A stretch of 64,000 nucleotides of DNA. Source: Octopus vulgaris (lineage: Eukaryota). Location: the NCBI GenBank assembly GCA_951406725.2, contig OX597819.1, forward strand, positions 8,494,001-8,558,000. Reading direction: 5' to 3'. Position numbers and translations under genes: made by a program. Under the pieces are notes generated by a model that saw nothing but the letters and a program-made list of their open reading frames with translations, had not been told where the DNA came from and did no database searches. Shown piece by piece: positions 40,837-55,126 of this stretch; position 1 is the stretch's first letter, and each line of letters begins with the position of its first letter.

Positions 40837-41693
40837 TCACACACACATGAAAGTATAAGCCTCGCATACGCGTGTTGTATACTTGCTTCATGTAATATCG
40901 AAATTGTTATGAAAAATGATGTTTTGTGTTTTACTAAATGTTAGTGGACAGATGCTAGTTCTTGCAGCACCTCACCAAACCCTTTTAATGTCCAGGAATG
41001 CACGCACAACTGTACACCGCATCTCGTTACAGCTATACAATACTATAAACTTATTATTATCTGTAGCAATTGGCCTAAGTAATAAATATTCTTAGGTGAA
41101 CATTATCAATGATAAAGTAACATCCACGTCTGACAAAAGCTGTTTTACCGATATATGTAGCCAAAAATTGCTTCCAGTAGTCAACCATGTTATCTACAGC
41201 GATCGCCACTACAGAGATTATAATAAATCTATTGGTTTCACCATATGTCGACGCGACTAATACGTACGTGTATCTATACGCCACACCTTAACGAGGCGGA
41301 GTATGTGAATTGTATACTGTCAGGCGGCAGGAATCTTCTTACTGTTTATTGCAAATACATTAGGGAGGTGATTACAAGGCCGTGTATGTTAGGTGCATTG
41401 ACATCATTTGGAAAAGGAATCGAAGTGCACGGGTCCTAGAAAGAATATAATGCGAAACTAGTGCACATGCACGAGAACGCTCATAGGCAATCACAGTGAC
41501 TCTTTCGCGCTCACACATAGACACATTGCGAAAATATTTATATATTAATATCTATAAGCTTCTGTGTAAATATTCAGTCATATATTATTACATATATATT
41601 TCATACTTTATATCGAAACATGTATGATTATATTTATAAACACACACACACACACACATACGCACACATGCATATTCATAATACGGGTATATT

Positions 41694-41820
41694 CAGGGTG
41701 GGCCAAAAGTGTCGCACGAAAATATTTGACATTTTATTTATAATTACGTTATCATCATCATCATTATCATCATCATCATCATCATCATCATCATTATATT
41801 CATCATCATTATCATCATTA

Positions 41821-41908
<88 letters not shown>

Positions 41909-42016
41909 TCATCATTATTTTATTTATTTTATTCAAGTTTAGAAAAATTGAAGCGTGTCCTTGACAATTCCGGGGCGTACTGAAATTATTTTGTGCGTAA
42001 CTTTTGGCCCACCCTG
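41694..42016. mobile_element. Tc1/mariner-type MITE with internal (TCA)n/(TTA)n expansion
   Basis: TIRs cagggtgggccaaaagt...cgcac and gtgcgtaacttttggcccaccctg; the right end is followed by TA. Confidence 0.8.
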
Positions 42017-42026
42017 TATGTGTGTG

Positions 42027-42072
<46 letters not shown>

Positions 42073-42126
42073 TAAACAGTAAAAATAATTACAGACATGG
42101 ACAAGAACATGAAACGCCACAGAGAC

Positions 42127-42175
<49 letters not shown>

Positions 42176-42740
42176 ATATAGTGAATCTATTTTTGTTTGC
42201 GTTTATATAGATACGTATAAGTATATAGGTTTGCATGTACGTGTGTGCATGTGTGTGTATGGAAATATATATAACACACATACACGTAAATAATAATAAA
42301 ATAATAAAAGTAATATATATATACATACAAACATGTGTGTGTTTGTGTGTTTGTGTTTAAGTTTGTGTATGCATGTGTACATGTCTACGGTGTATATATA
42401 TTAACAAATATTTAGAGGTTGTACTCAAAGATACTCCAACAAACAAATTAGCGACAATGATCAATAAGAATGGAAAATATGAAGCTTACAGTTATTAATT
42501 AGCTAAAACGGACTGTGGCTGAAAGGAAAACAATGGAGTTGCGTCGTGATAAAATATTTACCAACTCCTGATTGTTTTCATTCTGCGTGAAACGTCAATT
42601 CCTATGTTCGGTACAATAGAGCAGAGACACGTATGGCGGTTGATATTATTTAAACTGAATAGAATAAATACCAGACAAGTACTGCTGGGTTACACTGGGT
42701 TTATGGGTTTATATGAATGCGCGCGTGTTCATGGTGAGTT

Positions 42741-42787
<47 letters not shown>

Positions 42788-43348
42788 CTCAGATATATCT
42801 CAATATATGTACATAGATATGCATATATATATGTGTGTGTATGTGTGTGTATAAACATATACACATACGCATGTATATATGTATATGCACACACACACAT
42901 ATAATGTATATGCAAACAAACATATATACATGCATATATATATATATATATATATATATTATTTATTTATATATACATACACACATATACTTATATATGT
43001 ACATGTATTTATATACATACCTAAATACATATCTATATATACGTCCATATAGATGTATGAGTATATGTATACTCATACACACACACACACATGTACACAC
43101 ATATGTATACACACACGCATACGTATATATATACATATATATGCGTATGTGTATATGTGTGTGTGTAGAGAGAGAGAGAAACAGACAGAGACAGTGAGAG
43201 GGACAGAAAGAATATATGTTATATTGAATACAATATATAATAGATGATCTTCCCACGCTCTCCCACACATACCTATGTTCGGTGAAGTTTTGTGTGTCTA
43301 CAAAATACAGAAAACATGAACATTTATTCGTATATTACACGTACTAGT

Positions 43349-43541
43349 GGCAGGAGTGGCTATGTGGTATGTGGTAAGTAACTTACTAACCAACCACATG
43401 GTTCCGGGTTCAGTCCCACTGCGTGGCATCTTGGGCAAGTGTCTTCTGCTATAGCCCCCGGGCCGACCAATGCCTTGTGAGTGGATTTTGTAGACGGAAA
43501 CTGAAAGAAACCTGTCGTATATATGTATATATATATATATC

Positions 43542-43574
<33 letters not shown>

Positions 43575-43779
43575 TTGTCCCCTAGCTTTGCTTGACAACC
43601 GATGCTGGTGTGTTTACGTCCCCGTCACTTAGCGGTTCGGCAAAAAGAGACCGACAGAATAAGTACTGGGCTTACAAAAGAATAAGTCCCGGGGTCGATT
43701 TGGTCGACTAAAGGTGGTGCTCCAGCATGGCCGCAGTCAAATGACTGAAACAAGTAAAAGAGAAAAAGAGTAAAGAGTA
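43349..43779 (+). mobile_element. SINE family A, full length
   Basis: Matches 7001-7457. Confidence 0.9.
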
Positions 43780-43794
43780 CTTATGCGCATGAAT

Positions 43795-43878
43795 GCTACA
43801 CACGCATACACACATACACGCATACACACATACACGCATACACACATACACGCATACACACATACACGCATACACATA
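43795..43878. repeat. 16-bp minisatellite (cacgcatacacacata) x~5
   Basis: Direct inspection. Confidence 0.8.
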
Positions 43879-44462
43879 TATGTACACATATATGTGAGTA
43901 TGTGCCTGTGTTTATGTGTTTCTGTTTGTTAGTGTGCGCATGCGTGCAACCCAACAGCCAAAAGCTAATATAATACCAGTGGTTATTATTTTTTATAATT
44001 TCATTGTGATATTTGACTTTTGGAATATTCTTGCCTGTCCTATGTCCAAGCGTGTGGACTTATACTTTAAAAGGCGTGTTACACGATGCTTATAAAGATC
44101 TATCAAACTCAGCCTTGCATTATGATCTGATGCCTATCATCTGTTCAAACGTTTGTATGTGTTTCAGTATATCTACCTGTCAGTTTTGGAGTGTGACGAG
44201 TGTGTATGGGTGACGAGTGTGTATATTTGATTCGATGGCCTGGTTGTTGAGTACGTGCTCCTGCATATGCACATCGTATATATGTATGCACAGATGCGTT
44301 ATGCGTGCACTTTTTGTATCTTTGCATAATCAGCTGACAATGTGTATGTTCATGCTTTTTGTTAATTGTATACATTTGTGAAGGAATTTACAATATACAT
44401 GTAAGCATGTATATATGCGTAAAGGCATGTATTTATGTAAGTATGTATGCATATATATATAT

Positions 44463-44507
<45 letters not shown>

Positions 44508-44543
44508 GCATATATATATATAATATATATATATATATATACA

Positions 44544-44617
<74 letters not shown>

Positions 44618-44622
44618 TATAT

Positions 44623-44713
<91 letters not shown>

Positions 44714-44918
44714 ATATAGAAAATATATTTGAAAATATATTTAAGTGTATTTGTATATTTATATATCTATATATTTTAGTACATGATTTTGTGCACATAG
44801 AATTTTTGCAACGGAATATATTTTAGTGACGTATCTTTTGTCTCTCATGATTATTTTTCCTATTCTCCTATAGCTCAAATGTCCTAAATAGAGAAAACAA
44901 TTCATCGCTTAAAAATAA

Positions 44919-45020
<102 letters not shown>

Positions 45021-45040
45021 CTATCATTACCAGCAGTGGT

Positions 45041-45178
<138 letters not shown>

Positions 45179-45214
45179 ATATATACATACATATATAACT
45201 ATAATAACCAGCAC

Positions 45215-45495
45215 TCTGTCGGGTACGGTGACGAGGGTTCCAGTTGACCCAATCAAGGGAACAGCATGCACGTGAAATTAACGTGCAGTTGGCTGAGTAT
45301 TCCACAGACACGTGTATACTTAACATAGTTTTCATGGAGATCCAGCGTGACACAGAATGGGACAAAGCCGGCCCTTTGAAATACAGGTGTTACTCATTTT
45401 TGCCAGCTGAGTGGACTGGAGCAACGTGAAATAAAGTGTCTTGCTGAAGGACACAACGTGCCACCGATTACCCTAGCCACTAATCCACTCGCCTT
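45215..45495 (-). mobile_element. SINE family B' (diverged)
   Basis: Matches 8876-9208 (gtgaaattaacgtgca...catttttgccagctgagtggactgga...ggacacaacg). Confidence 0.8.
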
Positions 45496-45517
45496 CACAC
45501 ACACACACACACATACA

Positions 45518-45551
<34 letters not shown>

Positions 45552-45666
45552 ATACGTATGCGTGTGTGTATATATAAGCATGTACATATTTATATGTGCA
45601 TGTACGCATTTCTACACGATTGCATATTGTGTATATGTTTATGCTAATATATTTTTATGTATACCT

Positions 45667-45894
45667 ATTTCTTTACTACCCACAAGGGGCTAAACAGAGG
45701 GGACAAACAAGGACAGATAAACGGATTAAGTCGATTACATCGACCCCAATGCATAAATGGTACTTAAGTTATCGACCCCGAAAGGACGAAAGGCAAAGTC
45801 GACCTCGGCGGAATTTGAACTCAGAACGTAGCGGCAGACGCAATACCGCTAAACATTTCGCCCGGCGTGCTAACGTTTCTGCCAGCTCACCGCC
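45667..45894 (-). mobile_element. SINE family C with 14-bp TSD
   Basis: TSD ttttatgtatacct at 45653-45666 and 45895-45908. Confidence 0.9.
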
Positions 45895-46442
45895 TTTTAT
45901 GTATACCTGTTTGCTTGTACCTAGCGTGCATATACATGTAATCATTTGTGCATGAATATATGGAAGTATGTGTATGTCTCTGTGTATACAAGAGTGTATG
46001 TTTGTGTGTGTATTTGAAAGAGAGTGTGTGTATGAGTGTTTGCTGTTACCCCCGGCAAGTAATCGTATGTGTATATTACGTCCGTGCGTGCAATTCCTTT
46101 GCCCTGATCTTCTATATTTTAACTAAATGACTACCCAAATAAACATCCATAAATGCCTATCTATACGTACATAACACAACAAGTCCGCCTCTTCACAGTT
46201 GACCGCCCCACTTGCTACAGTTATAGTTAATTCTCCATTAAATCATATCTCACGGCATATTTCAGAAAAGAAAGACAATAGTTACAGTTGGAATGCCTTT
46301 CATCGTAGGTTTTGGTTCGAGTCAAACAACTACATTTCGGTTCGTATATGCATGTTAGTTGCCAATGCATACCATGAAATACAAGCAAAGCATGCACACA
46401 TGCCTCTGTGTATGTGTCTGTATGTATGTACGTATATATGTG

Positions 46443-46489
<47 letters not shown>

Positions 46490-46502
46490 ATACATATGTC
46501 GA

Positions 46503-46635
46503 AGGAGGGTTGCTTCCCAACCACGTGATTCTGGGTTCAGTATCACTGCGTGGCACCTTGGAAAATTGTCTTCTACTAAAGTCACGGGCCGACTAAAGCC
46601 TTATGAGTGGATTTGGTTGACGGTAACTGAAAGAA

Positions 46636-46685
<50 letters not shown>

Positions 46686-47090
46686 GAAAGAATGGAGTCG
46701 AACGAAGATGTTAACAAAATTCCTTTACTCTCGACATATGTTTCGAAGACAGCATTTTTTCATTCCAAAGGTTTCGGTTAAACGAATTTTCCATGCTGAC
46801 GATAACATAGGATAATTCATTCACCTACTTATATATATATATACTTATGCGCGAGTATGTATGTATTTATGTGTGTATGTATGTGTGTGTATGTGTGTGT
46901 ATCTTTGTGTTTGTCCCCCCCACCACCGCTTGACAACCGGTGTTGGTGTGTTTATGTCACCGTAACATATCGGGTCGGCAAAAATGATCGATAGAATAAG
47001 TACTAGCGATTGATTCGTTCGAGTAAAAATTCTTCAACGTAGTGCCCAGCTTAAATGACTGAAACAAGTTTTGACTGAAACAAGTAAAAA
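46503..47090 (+). mobile_element. Diverged SINE family A split at its internal (TA)n by an H2 element
   Basis: 5' half at 46503-46635 and 3' half at about 46900-47090, with the H2 fragment between. Confidence 0.7.
46680..46830. mobile_element. H2-family fragment (inverted arm with 3' half of hammerhead, joined to 3' end segment)
   Basis: atgaaagaatggagtcgaacga...aacaaaattcctttactctcgacatatgtttcgaag matches 10264-10330; tcggttaaacgaatt...gataattcattca matches 10620-10660. Confidence 0.75.
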
Positions 47091-47651
47091 GATTTTTTAA
47101 AAAATGATATGTGTGCGTATGTGTGTGTGTGTGTGTGCGTATGTGTGTGTGTGTGTGTGTGTAAATACTTGCACACTCATTTTTTTTGTTCTTATGATAT
47201 GAGGGATATCTGGCTAATTCAAGCAGGTTGGACAACTTTTTAGTTGAAAACGAAAGCTGGTTGCATGGCCAGTGTGTGTTGCCGTGCACTACACATGTTT
47301 TTGTCGATTGCACATTAGCCTGAGTGTTCGTGTATGTGTGTGGGGGGGGGTGAGAGAGAGAGAGAGGGGGGATGAAGAGAGGAAGGAGAAGGAAGAGAAG
47401 GGAGAGCGACAGACAGACAGACAGACAGACAGAGAAGGAGAGCCTGTGCATGTGCATTAAATATATGAAGTAGTTGGCTAAGATATGTATCTGTGATTGT
47501 TGGGATTCTATCAGTCTACAGAGAAATGTTATATTTTTCCGCCAGCCAACCTCACCTCTTCTCACCTCACCACCTTCACATTCCTCTTGCTGCTTGCTGC
47601 TGTCCCTGCCACCCCATCCCCCACCCCCACATTCACATTTTCTGTCCTTCC

Positions 47652-47687
<36 letters not shown>

Positions 47688-48773
47688 TTCTTTCATTCTC
47701 ACCCTATCTCTCTATCTACTCATGAATCATATTCCTGGTCCTTTAGCGTTATCCTTACGGGACATTTTGCAAGTTGTTTCATCCCGGTGCAGTCACCACT
47801 ACCACTACCACTACCACTACCACTACCACTACCACCAGCACTGCTACTACTGCTACTGCTGCTGCTGCTGCTGCTACCGTTGCCACTGAAAAGTTATCGC
47901 CGGCAAGAAAAGGGTTTCCTAAACAGTAACCTCCTGTTTCTGTTTTTACGCATAACCACCACATCCACCACCACCACCACTACCGTCCACCACCACCACC
48001 ACCACCACCACCACCACCACCACCACTACTACCGTCCACCACCACCACCACCACCACCACCACTACCGTCCACCACCACCACCACCACAACAACAACTCC
48101 ACTACCAGCTCCTCTGTCCCTTTGTTCCTCTTCTCCTTCTACTCCCTTACATCCATCCATTCACATCAATCTTCTCTCTGCCCCACCTCAAACTCATTCT
48201 TCCTCATCCTCAGCGTACGTCTCAGCAATTTGCCATTGCAGCTGTTAACTCTTTTACTCACTCTTCCTACCTCTTCAGCCACTCTCACTAACCTCTCCCT
48301 TTCTCTCTCTCTCTCTGTCTCTCTCTCCCCCTCTCTCTCTCCCTCTCCCTCTATAATCGATTGCCTCTCTACTCCTTACTCCCTCTTTTTCCCATTCGGT
48401 TACTTTCATTTCTCCTTCTTTTATCTGCTTCTCTCCTGTTTCCCTTTTCATAATTTTTTGCTTTGTTTTTACATTCTCGTGTATTTATTGTGTCTGTTGT
48501 TGTTATTGTCGATGTTCTTTAATCCCAGGTCATCCTTGATCAAGCTTTACTATGACCAACGACTTTCCATCCGTGACCATTCCGTCTTTTATTATACCCA
48601 TTCATCAACAGTGATTTGCAAGCGGTGAATTGAACTGAGCCGTTAAGATGCCTTGTGGTATTTGTTCCGCCACTCTGTAATCGGACTTCAAACCCTGCTT
48701 GAATCATTCCGAGAGAGATCAAACGCCAGTCGTGCTCTGTGCCTTTCTCTCTCTTTCTCCCGTTTTGAATCAG

Positions 48774-48876
48774 CTACGTCCCGCCATATGAATGGTTATG
48801 CATGGGACCGTTCACAGGGTTCTTTTCTTAAGAAATTAAAAAGAGTCAAGCGAGGGATGAGCAACGTCTTCTTTGG
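48774..48876 (+). other. Possible spliced exon of a host gene (MNGYAWDRSQGSFLKKLKRVKRGMSNVFF)
   Basis: Long polypyrimidine tract plus CAG acceptor (48771-48773), GG|GTAACA donor, complex sequence, open frame from ATG 48788. No partner exons or homology recognised. Confidence 0.25.
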
Positions 48877-48958
48877 GTAACAGACTTAATCTGTCACCCT
48901 GTCTGACGCTACCATCAGGCACTTTGGTGCATTTAGCGAAATGATATTCGTTTGTAAG

Positions 48959-49188
48959 GTGGCGAGCTGGCAGAAACGTTAGCACGCCGGGCGAAATGCG
49001 TAGCCGTATTTCGTCTGCCGTTACGTTCTGAGTTCAAATTCCGCCGAGGTCGACTTTGCCTTTCATCCTTTCGGGGTCGATAAATTAAGTACCAGTTACG
49101 CACTGGGGTCGATATAATCGACTTAATCCGTTTGTCTGTCCTTGTTTATCCCCTCTGTGTTTAGCCCCTTGTGGGTAGTAAAGAAATG
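48959..49188 (+). mobile_element. tRNA-derived SINE family C, full length, ~16-bp TSD
   Basis: Head ggcgagctggcagaaacgttagc...gagttcaaattcc; central gcctttcatcctttcggggtcgataaattaagtaccag. TSD gatattcgtttgtaag at 48943-48958 and 49189-49204. Confidence 0.9.
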
Positions 49189-49324
49189 GATATTCGTTTG
49201 TAAGCATTCGGGCCAAGGCTCCTAATCGGGAATAACATTTTAATCGCTCTTCTTGTCTATTCCAGAAAACATAAATAGCTATAGACGCTTTCTTCCATTC
49301 ACTGAATACAAAGTGAAAAATGAA

Positions 49325-49363
<39 letters not shown>

Positions 49364-50471
49364 AAGAAATACCATTTCTAATTGAAAGAATTATTTTAGT
49401 AAACGGATCAAGGGTGACGGATATGAAGTACAGCACGAAAGAGAAATAGAGATTAGGGTGCAATTTGAGGGAGATTTAGCCATGAGGATTTCTAGCACGT
49501 CTATCCTACTCTGCTCGACTTCATTGCTTTGAACTGTTCTTATGGTTACCATTGTCACAGTTTTATGATCCAGTCTCCCCTTCTGCGTTTGGGACGTTCT
49601 TGGTTCCTCCTACCTGGTATTATATCCTCCTAACAGAGCTTCGAAGGACCCCGAGTTTAACATTTTACGTAACCATATAGTTTTACGATGTTGCTTTTAT
49701 CTTTATCAAATATTCATTATAGTTGTACCATTTCTCGTAGATTTAGTACTTTAACTCTGTCAAGTATATACTCTGTCATATATATAATAATGTAATTCTG
49801 ATATTTGGTGAAATCCGGAGAAGAAAATATATTGATATACATGTACGTGAGAGAGAATGTGTTTGTATACGCGCATGCGTGTATGAGATAACCCGATCTA
49901 TTCTAGACACAAGGCTTGAGATTTGGGAAGGAGGGTTTAATCAACTATGTCCACCCCGGTACTCAACAGGTACTTAATTTATCGATCTCGAAAGGATGAA
50001 AGGAAAACTAAACCACAGCCGAATTTGAACTCTGAACGTTAAGACGAATGAAACATTTTATCCCACAAGTTAACCATTCAGTCAGCTCGCTGCATGGCGT
50101 GTATGAGAGGATAATCAAAAAGAGTTTCTGGAAATATCGATGAGTTAAAGTTGAATTGCTGTCAGGAGTGAAGAAATCAAACACTTTAGCCTCTCACCTT
50201 TCAATAAGAACATCGATGAGGATTTACACTCTTAATGGTAATTAAACTCCATCTTACCGACAACTCCACAAACTTTCGGCAAATACTGAACTTTCTAATG
50301 CAGGCGCAAAGTCTTAGATCTGGGGGATAGTCGATCCTATCGTCAATTTTATTTAATTGATATTTATATCGATCTCGACAGAATTTGAGCTCAACGTAAA
50401 GAACCACAAAAATGCTGCAACGAATTTTATCCGATGCGCTAATGATTCTGTAAGCCCAACATTTTAATAAT

Positions 50472-50540
<69 letters not shown>

Positions 50541-50571
50541 AATAATAATAATAATAATAATAATAATTATG

Positions 50572-50633
<62 letters not shown>

Positions 50634-50635
50634 AG

Positions 50636-51184
50636 ATCCAGTACCAGGCAGTGGCTCTCATTGCTTCTGATCTTAACTGATTGGAAGTGTTATCATGTAC
50701 ATTGTTTTGTCTTGGTATAAAAGATGGGCTACAGCAAATATTCTGCTCAATACCACAGATTTGCTTGTCAGTTGTTTGACCTTAACCAGTTGAACATGTC
50801 CCTTAGTGGCTGACGATATGTGCATCTCTGATCACGAGCAGAAGTAGTGGAGGGGAGCATCATAGCCATGTGTTGAGAGGGATTCTTTGGGGTTTGAATA
50901 ATTCACCTCTGGAAACATGGGTGTTTCATTCAACATCCTTAAACAACTCTTATCCAGGGACCTTTTGAGCGGGATGGGCTACTCAACCTGAAGAAAATTC
51001 TAACTGGGCCCCAACTGCAAGGTCATGTGCTGTTTATCTTGATATGAGATCACCATGTCGCGCACATATGGTTATGATGCATGTGCCTGGTGTACCCTTA
51101 TCAGACGGGTAGTCATGATGGGTATATTGGGCTTCGTATATTTTACCCCAGTGCCACTTTGATGGCATGAACTGCTCTCTCACT

Positions 51185-51188
<4 letters not shown>
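50636..51188 (+). mobile_element. ~550-bp complex-sequence insert embedded in (AAT)n, probable retroposon 3' region
   Basis: Sharp boundaries with (AAT)n on both sides; no ORF. Orientation assumed from an (AAT)n tail. Confidence 0.45.
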
Positions 51189-51239
<51 letters not shown>

Positions 51240-51429
51240 CCTGAAATTTTGAAGGCGGGGACTAGTCGATTACATCGACCTCAGTGTTTCACTGGTACTT
51301 AATCTATCGACCCCGAAAGGATGAAAGGCAAAGTCGACTTCGGCAGAACTTGAACTCAGAACGTAGCGACAGACGAAATACCGCTAATCATTTCGTCTGG
51401 CGAGCTAACGATTCTGCCAGTTCATCACC

Positions 51430-51431
<2 letters not shown>
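51240..51431 (-). mobile_element. SINE family C (3' part variant) within (AAT)n
   Basis: gtcgattacatcgacc...cccgaaaggatgaaaggcaaagtcgac...gaactcagaacgta. Confidence 0.8.
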
Positions 51432-51497
<66 letters not shown>

Positions 51498-51534
51498 GAT
51501 GAGGATGATGATGATTTCCACCGGGGGATTATGT

Positions 51535-51980
51535 GAAGGGGACATTACAAGGACAGTTCACAATCTGAGGGTCGGATGTTACATAAAGAAAGGAGAGAAT
51601 GGTGAAATGAGATTCAAAGTATACATAGTATAGAAAATATGTAAGGCAGTCCTCCTGATACAAAAGAACCTCCAACTAGAGCCCTTTAACGAACTCCTCA
51701 GATCCAGGATCACTCTGACCAACCAAGGGCACAAGCCCTCACCCAAATGTTGTACTTCACTCTAGAGGCGCATGATTAGAGTACGTCCATTCAACTTAAC
51801 CATTTTTGTCATAGTCTCCCACCTTTTAGCAAATTCCCTTCCCTCTCCACTTTGCTTTCCAAGTAGAACTCAAAAGAGCTGATGAGGGCTTAACCGAAAA
51901 GGAAGAAGCTTTCCTTCAGTCCTTTCAACCTTGTTCACCACACAACCTCTTTCGCTATAACCACTAGACAGAAAAAAAAA
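51535..51980 (-). mobile_element. Degenerate LINE 3' end, probably L1/Tx1 group
   Basis: Minus strand FFCLVVIAKEVVW*TRLKGLKE..FLFG*ALISSFEFYLESKVERE resembles the AKxxIWxxR C-terminal block of L1/Tx1 ORF2. Confidence 0.5.
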
Positions 51981-52750
51981 CAACTTCAATGATAATACAC
52001 TGGGAAAAATACCGACATAAAGAAAAAAAAAACAAATAAAGAAAAAAATAATGTACCAGTTACCATTAATGGCAACGACTTACTATTATCATGTGAGACA
52101 GTTTTGTTTAGACTGACAAACCGGTGAAGGCAAACTTTCCAGGTATAATTATTAAGGCCTGGAACGAAAAAAATGTCAACACCATCTCAGCATTTTTTTC
52201 CCTCTCTAGCACTGCCCGGAACCAGCAGAATGAGCAGAATATGAGACATCAAAGAAAAACAGTACCAAAAATAACTGGAACTCTGTATATGAAAAACTAA
52301 TACGAACAAGACCATACGAACAATAGTAGTATTAACAATGTTACCTACAATCCAAAAGATAACCCCGTTATACACTGCTCACATCTTATGCAATGCACTT
52401 TCAATGTGATCACACAAATAATAAACTCCCTCTAGACAACAAATACACTCCACGATTGATAACTACCCAGGTAGTAAGAGACCTCAAGGGGAGCTAAACA
52501 GCGGAAGGTCTTCAGAGAAGCCATTCCCATCATAAAAGAGTTTCGGCTCTTAACTTCTTAGACTGTAAGGGCTTAGACCACACCCAAGTCAGGACACCTG
52601 GATACCCCTCTGCTGTATCGTGTGTTATAGTCTGCATTGCAACCCTCCTGAATGATTAAGGTTCACCAGAGCCAAGGTATCTTGCGTATTCCCCATACCC
52701 AAAACAATTTTACATGCAGAGAGGGAAAAAAAGGACTGCCGGTGGTAATA

Positions 52751-53175
52751 CTCTTTTTCTGTTTTTTTCTTTTTTTTACTTGTTTCAGTCATTTGACTGC
52801 GGCCATGCTGAAGCACCGCCTTTTAGTCGAGCAAATCGACCCCGGGACTTATTCTTTGTAAGCCCAGTACTTATTCTATCGGTCTCTTTTGCCGAACCGC
52901 TAAGTGACGGGGACGTAAACACACCAGCATCGGTTGTCAAGCAATGCTAGGGGGGACAAACACAGACACAAACACATACACACACATATATATATATATA
53001 TATACATATATACGACAGGCTTCTTTCAGTTTCCGTCTACCAAATCCACTCACAAGGCATTGGTCGGCCCGGGGCTATAGCAGAAGACACTTGCCCAAGA
53101 TGCCACGCAGTGGGACTGGACCCGGAACCATGTGGTTGGTTAGCAAGCTACTTACCACACAGCCACTCCTGCGCC
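52751..53175 (-). mobile_element. SINE family A, full length
   Basis: Near-perfect reverse complement of 30317/43349. Confidence 0.9.
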
Positions 53176-53785
53176 TGTAGAAATCACATTAAACTGTCGA
53201 TTACATAACGTTAATTATAAGAGCAGATGTTTTGTAGTAAGAGCTACGGATGGGTAGTAAGTTCCCAGTAAGTGCCGAGTCTGCGATACAGAAGGCAGAT
53301 ATCCAGTGAAATCATCCAGATGTGATGCTGGTGTGAAAGGTGTCTCACTGTTTGGAGATAGAGAAGCCCAACCAGTGAGCCAAAATAGTCAAATCGTTCA
53401 CTTGCTAGAAATAATGCTCTTATCTTTCCCCTCCTTGTTTAAAAGTAAGGTAGGATAGTCACGGTTGGATGGTTGTGACCATTAGTCTTCTCAATCAAGG
53501 TAGAATTAAACAACAAAAGCAAGATGAGGATAAAGTGTTTTGCTGGTGAACCAAACAACCTATCAAGGAGGCAGACCTCTCTCTCTCACTCTCTCTCTCT
53601 CTCTCTCTTTCTCCTCCTCCTCCACTCCTCCTCCGCCTCCTCCTTTTTCTCTCCTTTGTCGTCTTTTAGTGTCGCTTCTACATTATTTCTGATTCTCTAT
53701 CTCTCTTCGATTTCTACCTCTGCATCTTCCATTTTGTATCCCTCTAACCTTTTTACAATATTAATGCATTTTTTTTCTGCATCTG

Positions 53786-53884
<99 letters not shown>

Positions 53885-53885
53885 A

Positions 53886-53933
<48 letters not shown>

Positions 53934-54310
53934 CTATCTGTCTATCGTCTCCATGTCTTCCTAGTTTTTGTTCCATTTTCTCTTCTTTCTCATCTTGCCC
54001 AATACATACCCATCTCTCATTCATTGTATATGGGTGTGTGTGAGAGATAGTGAGAGAAAGAGAGAGAGTGAAAGAGACAGACAGGCAGACGGACAGACAG
54101 AGTATGTATGCATACGAGCGCATGTATATGGCTTAAGAATATGCTTCGCAATCTAGGTTCGATCCCTATGCATGGCATATTGGACAAATGTCAACTATTT
54201 ATAGCCTCCGGTCCACGCATAGCATGTGAGTGAAACTGAACAAACGAAAATGTATTTAAAAAATCCGAGAACATACCTACAACTCAAAATGCATTCGTAT
54301 GTATATAAAA

Positions 54311-54359
<49 letters not shown>

Positions 54360-54361
<2 letters not shown>

Positions 54362-54499
54362 CGCAGGAGTGGCTGTGTGGTAGTTAGCTTGCTAACCAAC
54401 CGTGGCATCTTGGGCAAGTGTCTTCTGCTATAGACTTGGGCGTCGACCAAGGCCTTGTAAGTGAATTTGATAGACGGAAACTGAAAGAAGCCTGTTGTG

Positions 54500-54546
<47 letters not shown>

Positions 54547-54760
54547 TCGTTTGTGTGTCTGTGTTTGTCCCCCTAGCATTGCTTGACAACCGATGCTGGT
54601 GTGTTTATGTCCCCGTTACCTAGCGGTTCGGCAAAAGAGACCGATAGAATAAGTACTGGGCTTACAAAAGAATAAGTCCCGGGGTCCAGTTGCTCGATTA
54701 AAGGCGGTACTCCAGCATGGCCGCAGTCAAATGACTGAAACAAGTAAAAGAGTAAAAGAG

Positions 54761-54762
<2 letters not shown>
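54360..54762 (+). mobile_element. SINE family A (B-box region deleted)
   Basis: Matches family A except for loss of acatggttccgggttcagtcccactg. Confidence 0.85.
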
Positions 54763-54799
<37 letters not shown>

Positions 54800-55126
54800 A
54801 CACGCGCGCGCACGCTTCGCTTTCATTCTCCTGTCGTTTCATTCAATCCTGTCTTCATCTATTGTTTTTTTTTTACCTCTCCTCTTTCTCTTTCTATATT
54901 GCTATATTCCCTCCTACTTTCTCTCTTCTACTCCCTCTCTCTTGCTCTCTTTCTCTCTCTTTCTCTCTCTCTCTCTCTCTTTCACAGTTCTCCTGACTCT
55001 GTATTGAACACTGCTACTCCAACATCTCAGTTTCTTTGATATATATATATATATACCGACCACTCACGTTAATCAAGTGACCAACACCTATCACCAATAT
55101 CATGTGATTGCAATGGTGCATACACA

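Noticed and set aside
41075-41284. ATYIGKT in a minus-strand ORF resembling a GIY-YIG motif
   Set aside because: The upstream IY/CxxC and downstream Arg/His pattern are missing; too short to support a call.
47493-48248. 251-aa ORF with poly-His, poly-Pro and poly-Thr
   Set aside because: Non-ATG start, made of CAC/CTA/CTG/CT repeats, no recognisable domain.
51875-51925. CUGAUGA-gggcttaacc-GAAA-aggaag...tttcct-UC hammerhead-like match
   Set aside because: Stem I does not pair, stem II is only 2 bp, and it lies antisense within a LINE coding remnant; most likely chance.
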